Origin: Edaphobacter aggregans
GTDB lineage: Bacteria; Acidobacteriota; Terriglobia; Terriglobales; Acidobacteriaceae
NCBI RefSeq assembly: GCF_003945235.1
Contig: NZ_RSDW01000001.1
Span: forward strand, 2,670,001 to 2,702,000
Direction of reading: 5' to 3'
DNA length: 32,000 nt
In this document: positions 1-6,959 of the stretch, piece after piece
Numbering within the stretch: position 1 is the first letter of the stretch
How the letters are laid out: every line of letters starts with the position of its first letter
The notes under the pieces: model-generated
What the model saw: the letters and a program-made list of their open reading frames with translations, nothing else
What the model was told of the DNA's origin: nothing
The model's database searches: none
Made by a program: the position numbers and the translations under genes

Positions 1-537
1 GAAACCCCCGCCGACGCCCCCCAATCCATTCAGAAAAAATCCCTCCAACTCCGACAAACCCTCGACAAACAACGTGCCGCAGCAGCCCAGCGCCTTATCG
101 AAATCCTCCAGAAACATCAGGCCAAACTAGCCCTCACGCTGGAGTCGCTCCTCTCCACGCTCACTCCCGCCGAGCCCCTCACGCTCGCCCCGACCCAACT
201 CTCCACCCTCGTCCATAGCTGGTTTGCCCAAAACGCACCCGCCGAACCCACATCCGATCCCGACGATCCTGAGCATCTCCACGCGATCCGCAAAACCGCA
301 AAGCTGGCCCGCTACCTCGCCGAGAACGCGCCAAAATCCGCACGCACACCGCGCAAGCTGGCCCGCACCTTCGAGTCCGTCCAGCAAGCCGGAGGCGACT
401 GGCACGACTGGCTCATCCTCTCCACCATCGCCCGCAACGAACTCGGCAAATCCTCCCCACTCACCGAATCCTTCACCCACAAATGCCACTCCGCACTAAC
501 CGCCTATCGCAAGCGACTCGATCAGCTTCCCGCCTAG
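1..537 (+). CDS. CHAD domain-containing protein, C-terminal part (5' end outside window)
   Basis: Frame +1 is open from nt 1 to TAG at 535-537. It is missing from the ORF track because it has no start codon in the window. My translation contains CHAD-like motifs EHLHAIRKTAKLARYLAE and FESVQQAGGDWHDWLIL. Confidence 0.6.
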   Translation, partial: ETPADAPQSIQKKSLQLRQTLDKQRAAAAQRLIEILQKHQAKLALTLESLLSTLTPAEPLTLAPTQLSTLVHSWFAQNAPAEPTSDPDDPEHLHAIRKTAKLARYLAENAPKSARTPRKLARTFESVQQAGGDWHDWLILSTIARNELGKSSPLTESFTHKCHSALTAYRKRLDQLPA

Positions 538-618
538 TCTCCGCACTCTCACAATCACCAGCTACAATCGCGATGGGCTCCCGAACAATTCAAATCCTGA
601 CCTGACCACGAGGCAGCC

Positions 619-1524
619 ATGAGCCAACTCCATCTCCGCATCTTCGATGGCACCCGCCAGCCGTTCCCACTACCTGCCCAATTTCTCATCACCATCACCG
701 ACGGCTATAAAAAAACACAAATCAAAGATTTCTACCCTCAAAACGACATCCTCTTCGATCTGCCTTTCTTCGATAACTTCGGCGATCAATACACCGTTCT
801 CGTCTGGACCAAGGGCTACAAGCAAGGCGGCTACTTTCCCGTCATCCTGTCACCCGCACAGCCCAGGACGCTCGACATCATGCTCATCCCTCAATCGCCA
901 CGTTTCAACTTCGCCGATGCCAGTTGGCCCGTCGTCAAGGCGGCCTATCCCTTCCTGGCCTCAGATGTAGACGATGCTACCGCCCAGCAACGCTACGGCG
1001 ATCTCATGGACGACACCCCAGCCGCTCTCGCCTGTTTTCTCAACCTCACCGAAGCCATGAGCCAGATATCGTTCGCCCCCACCACACCACTCGACTACAT
1101 CAAACAGCTCATATGGACCGGTACCCAGGCACCCGCCCAGGATCGCTTCTTCGCCTGGTGCGACGTCGGAATCATTCCACTCATCCAGGCCGCCACCACG
1201 AACCATAAATTCGCCGTAGAAAACGACCCAGGGTTGCTCCATCCGGGAGCCACCCGAAGCTGGAAGCAGATCCAGTTCGGCGAAGCCAACGTCCAGCTCA
1301 CCTTCCACGAAAACGACAAGGCCGTCATCAACGGCGTCAACTGCTGCATCCTTGAGCCCGACATGGACTACTACGCAGACCCTCTCGCTCACGCCCTGCT
1401 CGAGGTTCTTCCAAATGAGCTGACGCACATGCTCACCGACCCCACCATGGTCTATCAGCTCCGTTGGATAGCCGGCCAGACTGCCAGAATCCCCCAGTTC
1501 GCGCCGCTCTACACCATCGTCTGA
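619..1524 (+). CDS. hypothetical protein (301 aa), no recognisable domain
   Basis: Long ATG-initiated ORF with GAGG 5 nt upstream of the start. The sequence looks protein-like (beta-rich first ~90 aa, then a helical part). No motif recognised. Confidence 0.7.
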   Translation: MSQLHLRIFDGTRQPFPLPAQFLITITDGYKKTQIKDFYPQNDILFDLPFFDNFGDQYTVLVWTKGYKQGGYFPVILSPAQPRTLDIMLIPQSPRFNFADASWPVVKAAYPFLASDVDDATAQQRYGDLMDDTPAALACFLNLTEAMSQISFAPTTPLDYIKQLIWTGTQAPAQDRFFAWCDVGIIPLIQAATTNHKFAVENDPGLLHPGATRSWKQIQFGEANVQLTFHENDKAVINGVNCCILEPDMDYYADPLAHALLEVLPNELTHMLTDPTMVYQLRWIAGQTARIPQFAPLYTIV

Positions 1525-1545
1525 ACAAGCCGGCTTAGCTCCGAC

Positions 1546-1965
1546 TTACTGCAGCGGCGCATCCGCCGGCATGATGGCCCCTGCCTTCACCCATCGCTCC
1601 ACCGTGGCAATATCCGCCTCCGACAGCTTCGCCTTCGGAGGCATCGGTCTCGGATTATTCTGCGGGCCCTCATGACGAATCAGTCGCACTAGCAAACTCT
1701 TTGCCGGATCGCCCGGCACCAGCACCGCACCATCGTGTCCGCCCTTCATCATCCCCGCCCGAGTAGCAATATTCAGCCCGCCGCTATGGTTCATTCCCCC
1801 ATGGCACCGATAGCAGTTGGCCTGAAAGATCGGTTGCACTTTCGTCGTATAAAACTCCGGCCTCGATGCCTCATCCGGCCCTGCCGCTCGCACCACACTC
1901 ACCCCTAAACCCAATGCTGTCAACGCACCAGCAAGCACTCCCAGCCCTGCGGCCAACCCCCTCAT
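1546..1965 (-). CDS. small secreted c-type cytochrome domain protein (PSCyt1-like)
   Basis: N-terminal signal-like segment MRGLAAGLGVLAGALTALGLGVSVVRA. Single haem-binding motif CYRCH within PIFQANCYRCHGG...GGL. C-terminal LSEADIATVERWVKAGA resembles the Planctomycete-type cytochrome c domain. Confidence 0.65.
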   Translation of the reverse strand: MRGLAAGLGVLAGALTALGLGVSVVRAAGPDEASRPEFYTTKVQPIFQANCYRCHGGMNHSGGLNIATRAGMMKGGHDGAVLVPGDPAKSLLVRLIRHEGPQNNPRPMPPKAKLSEADIATVERWVKAGAIMPADAPLQ

Positions 1966-2044
1966 GCATCCCCCTATTAATCGAAGAGTATACGGAATCC
2001 ACCTGATTACTTACACTATCCATAGACCCTCTCTAAGGTAGAAG

Positions 2045-3310
2045 ATGCTCTGGCGTTCCGCGCCTCTTGAAATCATGATGCGTTCGAACGCCCCCATCAC
2101 GGCCACTCTGGCGCTCGCGACCCTGTTTCTATCGCCTGCCACGGTTCTCGCCAAACCGGCGCATCATCCTGCCCCCAAGACCACCGTCGCTACCTCGACC
2201 ACCACAAAGAAGCGCACCCACAAACCGGCCGACGCACAGACCCCCGATCCTGCTCCCGCGACGCGGAACAAACACACTACCAAACGACGCAAGCACCATC
2301 ATAAGCAGGAAGAGACGGCCGACCCGCCCATCATCAACCGCGCTGCACACACTCCAGCCCCGAGCCGGAGAACCTCCGCAAGGACGGCGCCGCTGTCCGT
2401 CTCGGCCACAGACCCCGCACCGCGCAAGGCCACCTCCGCCGACTTCCTCCGTGCCGCCGGTCAGGCAGAGCCACAGGAAACCGCTAATCCCACAGTCGCA
2501 ACCTCGGCCAACGACGACGAAGACACCCGCCCCACTCCCGCGCCAGTCTCGACCCGGCCCTCCGTCGCCAAGCCTACCTCCGTAGTCAGTGTGGCCCGCG
2601 CCTCCACCACCGAGAGACCACAGCTTGAGAGCGTCGAAGAAGCCGCGTCAACCCCGGTTATCCTGCCCACGCTCTACAACAAGCGCGGTCACCTCATCGT
2701 ACCCGCTCCCCTCAAAGGCTCCCACGAGATACTCCTGCGCCAAAACCAGGTCGCCGACCGCGATGGTCTCGATCGCATCCGGGATGACGACGATCTTCTG
2801 GACATGCGCAACAAAGACCTTCTTGTCGCCATCCCTACTGGCAGCACCCTTCAGGTCGATGAACGCCTGCCCGCAAATCGCCGTTATTGCCGCCCCTGGA
2901 CCGCGCAGTTTCTGTCTACGATGGCCAGCGCTTACTACGCCCGCTTCCACAGGCCGCTTCAGGTCAACTCCGCAGTCCGCACCGTCGAATTTCAGCAGCG
3001 TCTCCTTCACACCAACGGCAACGCCGCTCCCGCCGAAGGCGAAACCGCATCGCCCCACCTCACCGGCCAGGCCGTCGACATCGCTAAGCACGGCCTCTCC
3101 CTCACCGAGATCGCCTGGATGCGCGGCTTCCTCCTCCCCCTCGTGCAACAGGGCAAAGTCGACGTCGAAGAGGAGTTCCAGCAGTCCTGCTTCCACATCA
3201 GCGTCTACAAAAAATATCTACCGGCCACATCCACTCCCAGACGTAGCATCGCCGCAACTCACGGGAGCGGAACAACCGCCCTCGCCACGGGCATTCCAGC
3301 CATCCGGTAA
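2045..3310 (+). CDS. secreted protein with disordered basic N-terminal half and C-terminal LAS/peptidase-M15-like (DUF5715-like) domain
   Basis: Signal-like N-terminus (ATLALATLFLSPATVLA) followed by about 200 aa rich in T/P/K/H/R. The C-terminal part has SPHLTGQAVD (H-x6-D as in S-x-H-x-x-G-x-A-x-D of M15/VanY-type enzymes) and a distal CFHISVY histidine. Confidence 0.5.
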   Translation: MLWRSAPLEIMMRSNAPITATLALATLFLSPATVLAKPAHHPAPKTTVATSTTTKKRTHKPADAQTPDPAPATRNKHTTKRRKHHHKQEETADPPIINRAAHTPAPSRRTSARTAPLSVSATDPAPRKATSADFLRAAGQAEPQETANPTVATSANDDEDTRPTPAPVSTRPSVAKPTSVVSVARASTTERPQLESVEEAASTPVILPTLYNKRGHLIVPAPLKGSHEILLRQNQVADRDGLDRIRDDDDLLDMRNKDLLVAIPTGSTLQVDERLPANRRYCRPWTAQFLSTMASAYYARFHRPLQVNSAVRTVEFQQRLLHTNGNAAPAEGETASPHLTGQAVDIAKHGLSLTEIAWMRGFLLPLVQQGKVDVEEEFQQSCFHISVYKKYLPATSTPRRSIAATHGSGTTALATGIPAIR

Positions 3311-3461
3311 TACTGAGTCGTTGTTCACGCGTCCGCACCAATCGCGTTTTTTACCGCTCACGAATTCTTGTCAAGCCCATGGCCGATCTATCCCTTATAA
3401 AATCAATAACATCCAAGTGGCAGATAATTTCCGTCAACCTGCTATATTGGATATAGTAATG

Positions 3462-3496
3462 AAAAACAAAGCCCCGGCCGTAGCCGGGGTTTTTCC
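3462..3496. terminator. bidirectional rho-independent terminator hairpin
   Basis: GCCCCGGC (3471-3478), loop CGTA, GCCGGGG(T) (3483-3490). An A-rich run lies upstream (gaaaaacaaa) and TTTTT downstream. It sits between convergent genes ending at 3310 (+) and 3743 (-). Confidence 0.75.
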
Positions 3497-3742
3497 TTTA
3501 AGTCACTATGAGTCAGAGATAAAGCCAGCAAAGCGCATGCCATCAATACTTTACAGGAGCCAGACACCTCAAGCCCTTGAATCGAGAGACTTTTCTCTCC
3601 TCAAGATAACCAAGTGCACCCATAACTCTCGTTTATGGAAGACTTTACACGAAAACCACCGAAGGGGAGGATCCACCGATGCAAAGCATCTCGCCGCGAT
3701 ATCAAGCCAAGGAAACCAGAGTAACGCTCGATTCGCCCCGCG

Positions 3743-4744
3743 CTAAACCGTCTCCCTCGTGCCGGATGTCCAGCTACTAAAGGCCGCATCCAATACCCGC
3801 ATATTGTGGACCCCATCCTCACCCGTAGCGCGGAATCTGCCCTCGCCACGCAACGCCAGCGCAAAATCATCCAGCATCCGGGTATAACCATCGCCGTTTT
3901 CCAGCGTAGCGGTCTCAACCAACTCGCCATCTCGCCGCAGCTCAAGTTTCACGGGACGGTCAACAGTCAGGCCGTTCTCGGCCACCAGCACCCCATCACT
4001 TCCCACAATCTCAACCAGCGTCCGATAAGGCGCACGAGCACTCGCCGTCACATTCGCATAAACTCCACCCGTCATCTCCAGTTGCAACGAGGCCACCGCC
4101 TCCACTGCACCGGAAACCTCATCCTTACGCGCCAGCGTACTCACGCTTCGCACATCCTCACCCAGCACGAACCGCAACGCGTCAATGCAGTGCACGCCCA
4201 CGTCGGCGATAGGACCGCCACAAGCCAAACTCGGATCGGTAATCCACTTCCTCGGAGCCTTCGTCGCAGTATACGCATACTGAGCATGAGCAAGCTGCGG
4301 CACCCCAATGCGCCCCGCCTCGATCTGCTCCTTCATCCACTCGAGCGTATGGTTGTAACGAAAATTCTGCGCCACACCGAACAGCAACCCAGCGGCCGTG
4401 GCAGCCGAAGCCATCTCCGCCGCCTCAGTTGCATTCATCGACAGCGGCTTTTCGCACAACACAGCCTTGCCGTGCCTGAACGCCAGCAGCGTATCGTCTT
4501 TGTGCATCGCATCCGGTGACGTGATGAACACCACATCAACCTCAGACGATGCGCACAGCGCCTCTCGCGAAGAAAAGCAATGCACAATCCCATACTCGGC
4601 GCAATTCTTCGCGGCAGCCGCCTGATCGCGCCGCCACATCCCAGTCAGCACCGCATGTTCGCACTTGGCAAACGCAGGCAGCAGCCTGCGCACCGCATGA
4701 TGGCCGAAGCCAAGGATCTCAAAGCGGACAGGCATCTGTGCCAC
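3743..4744 (-). CDS. Gfo/Idh/MocA family NAD(P)-dependent oxidoreductase
   Basis: N-terminal Rossmann pattern VRFEILGFGHHAVRRLLPAF and the family-typical motif AVLCEKPLSMN. The start lies 24 nt downstream of the SurA-like gene on the same strand. Confidence 0.8.
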   Translation of the reverse strand: MAQMPVRFEILGFGHHAVRRLLPAFAKCEHAVLTGMWRRDQAAAAKNCAEYGIVHCFSSREALCASSEVDVVFITSPDAMHKDDTLLAFRHGKAVLCEKPLSMNATEAAEMASAATAAGLLFGVAQNFRYNHTLEWMKEQIEAGRIGVPQLAHAQYAYTATKAPRKWITDPSLACGGPIADVGVHCIDALRFVLGEDVRSVSTLARKDEVSGAVEAVASLQLEMTGGVYANVTASARAPYRTLVEIVGSDGVLVAENGLTVDRPVKLELRRDGELVETATLENGDGYTRMLDDFALALRGEGRFRATGEDGVHNMRVLDAAFSSWTSGTRETV

Positions 4745-4768
4745 GCGGACTCCCCTGATGGTTGAGTG

Positions 4769-5908
4769 TTAGTGAGCGTCGTTCTTGAAGATCTGTTCAG
4801 CAAAGAAGTTCTCGATCTTTGCCTGATCGTGCAGCATCTCCAAATAAGCGCTCTTCAGCAATTGCGACCGCCCATCATGCAACTGCTGCCGAATCGCCTG
4901 TTGCACCCGAGGATCGCTCAGCTCGCGCTGTCCAGCAGGCTCCCGCGACACCAGCTTATAGATCGCATATCCCGCCGGCTTCTTTGTCTGAGCATCGAGC
5001 AGCGGCAAAATATCCGTGATCTGGCCCGCCTTCAGCTTCGTCACCGCCGCATAGATCGCCGGGTCGGAGTGCATCTGCGATTCCCCGACAAACCCGATAT
5101 CGCCACCGCTCGAAGCCGTCTCCGGATTCTCCGAGAAGTTCATCGCCACCGATCCAAAATCTTCGCCGCTATCCAACCGATTCTTCAGCGCCTGAATCTT
5201 CTTCTTCGCTTCGACATCATTCATTGCCTTGCTGTTTTGCAGATTGCCCGGCTGTGCCGAAGGAACGTTCGTCACCTGAATCTGCGCCAAGCGATACTGT
5301 GTCTCGCGCAGGTTGAACTCCGCCTTGTGCTGGTTGTAGTAGCTCGTCACATCGGCGTCGGTAACCGTGATCTTGGAGTTGATCTCCTTGTTCAGCAGCT
5401 TATCGATGGTCAGCGACCGCCGCAGCTCATGCTTCACGTCGTCAAGCGTGTGATTGCTGGCCTTCAACTTCTGGTCGAACTGCTCTTCCGAGTACGGAGC
5501 CTTCATCTCCGCCAGCTTCGCATCAACCTCTTCGTTGGTGGCCGTCAGATTCATCTTGGCGGCGCGTTGCTCCACTATCTCTTCGTCGATCAGGCTCCGC
5601 AGCACATTCAACCGCAGCGAATCGGCCTGCTCGGCAGTAGGCTGCTGCTGTTGCTGCTGAGCATCGCCAAGCTGCGCCGCATAAGCTTTGTCCATATCCG
5701 CCCGCATGATGGCTTTGCCATTCACGGTAGCGACGACATCCGCGCTATGCGTTCGATTGCACCCGGCAACAGGCAGCAAGCCCGCAAGGACCAGCAAGGC
5801 AACCGAGACCGGAGCGATGTGCTGCGATCCCCTGCGGGAAGAGCCCGCAGTCGAGGGAAAATTATTTACAGTCAAACATTTCGTCACGTCTAAACTCTCC
5901 TGCATCAT
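4769..5908 (-). CDS. SurA/PrsA-like periplasmic chaperone with parvulin-type PPIase domain, probable lipoprotein
   Basis: Lipobox-like LLPVAGC after a hydrophobic segment, then a SurA-N-like helical region. The parvulin-like block is DSGEDFGSVAMNFSENPETASSGGDIGFV...GYAIYKL. The start is 1 nt from the stop of the upstream thioredoxin-fold gene. Confidence 0.7.
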   Translation of the reverse strand: MMQESLDVTKCLTVNNFPSTAGSSRRGSQHIAPVSVALLVLAGLLPVAGCNRTHSADVVATVNGKAIMRADMDKAYAAQLGDAQQQQQQPTAEQADSLRLNVLRSLIDEEIVEQRAAKMNLTATNEEVDAKLAEMKAPYSEEQFDQKLKASNHTLDDVKHELRRSLTIDKLLNKEINSKITVTDADVTSYYNQHKAEFNLRETQYRLAQIQVTNVPSAQPGNLQNSKAMNDVEAKKKIQALKNRLDSGEDFGSVAMNFSENPETASSGGDIGFVGESQMHSDPAIYAAVTKLKAGQITDILPLLDAQTKKPAGYAIYKLVSREPAGQRELSDPRVQQAIRQQLHDGRSQLLKSAYLEMLHDQAKIENFFAEQIFKNDAH

Positions 5909-5909
5909 G

Positions 5910-6887
5910 CTAGCTGCCGGGCTTCGTCGAGGGCGCTGTCTGGGGCGTCGGGCTCGGTGAAGGTACTGGCGGTGGTGGCGGCGTTTGGCCAGAAGCCGTC
6001 AGGGCATTGTCAATCATCTTGTACACATACTCAAGCGGAACTGCACCCTCGAGCTTCGCCCCGTTGATAAACAGCGCCGGAGTCGAATCTATTCCCAGCG
6101 CCTCGGCCTCCTTCACAGAAGCCTTCACAGCCGAGTCGTCCTGCTTGGCGATACAGGCATTCAGAGCTGCCAAGTCCACCTTCTGTCGCTTCCCCTCGTC
6201 GCGTGTCAGCGTATCGAGCGTGTCATTGGCTTTGGCCAGACTCTTCTCGTCACCACCCATCGTACTGGCATGGCTGTGGATGTAATCCACCAGATTCCAG
6301 TAGCCTGTGGAGCTCTGCGCCGCCAGGCAGTTGGCATTGATCGCCGCGCGCATCGCCCACGGGTGTTGATCAAGCGGGAAGTCGCGATACACGATCCGCA
6401 CCTGGTCCTTATACCGTTCGGTAAGCGCCGGGAACAGTTGCGCGTGCATCTTCGCGCAGTACGGGCACTCCAGGTCGTCAAAGCCCACGATTATCACTGG
6501 CGCATTCGCCGGGCCGCCGCGCGCCGGACGGTTTGCGCCGCTCACGAGCGCCTTCGGATCCTGGCTGATGTCGTATTTGGTGAACTGCGCCAGCGTCTTA
6601 CCGTCCTCCGACAGCAAAAAACGGATCGGCTTGCTCGCCTGACCCTCTGCCGTAAAGGTCACGATAATCTCGTCGTAACCCGGAACGTCGCTTTTGGTCT
6701 TCGGACTGATATGGATGTCGTAGTTCGGCGGAACATTTGTCTTGGCCCGAATCAGCACCTCTACCCGCCGCGTCAGCTCAGGGGACAGCCCCTGCCCGCT
6801 CTGCGCAGGTGTCTGTGCGTGGCAGCCAACGGCAGCCAGCGTAAGGACAAAAAGAAGGGGAAGAATCAGCCTACGACCAGTAAACAC
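5910..6887 (-). CDS. DsbA-family thioredoxin-fold thiol:disulfide oxidoreductase (exported, possible lipoprotein)
   Basis: Signal-like MFTGRRLILPLLFVLTLAAVGC and the active-site motif FDDLECPYCAKMH (CxxC). A Pro-rich C-terminal tail follows. Confidence 0.75.
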   Translation of the reverse strand: MFTGRRLILPLLFVLTLAAVGCHAQTPAQSGQGLSPELTRRVEVLIRAKTNVPPNYDIHISPKTKSDVPGYDEIIVTFTAEGQASKPIRFLLSEDGKTLAQFTKYDISQDPKALVSGANRPARGGPANAPVIIVGFDDLECPYCAKMHAQLFPALTERYKDQVRIVYRDFPLDQHPWAMRAAINANCLAAQSSTGYWNLVDYIHSHASTMGGDEKSLAKANDTLDTLTRDEGKRQKVDLAALNACIAKQDDSAVKASVKEAEALGIDSTPALFINGAKLEGAVPLEYVYKMIDNALTASGQTPPPPPVPSPSPTPQTAPSTKPGS

Positions 6888-6924
6888 AGTACCTCGATTA
6901 TCTCACGCTACGGTCTGCTCCCCG

Positions 6925-6958
6925 CCGCGCAGTCTGCTCAAACACTACTCCTGCGCGG
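6925..6958 (-). other. intercistronic stem-loop between lptD and the thioredoxin-fold gene
   Basis: CCGCGCAG (6925-6932) and CTGCGCGG (6951-6958) are perfect 8-bp complements around an 18-nt loop. No U-tract follows. Confidence 0.3.
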
Positions 6959-6959
6959 T

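Noticed and set aside
3418-3432. Sigma-54-like element TGGCAG-N5-TTCC in the AT-rich gap.
   Set aside because: The essential -12 GC dinucleotide is CC here, and no enhancer-binding protein or plausible target gene follows.
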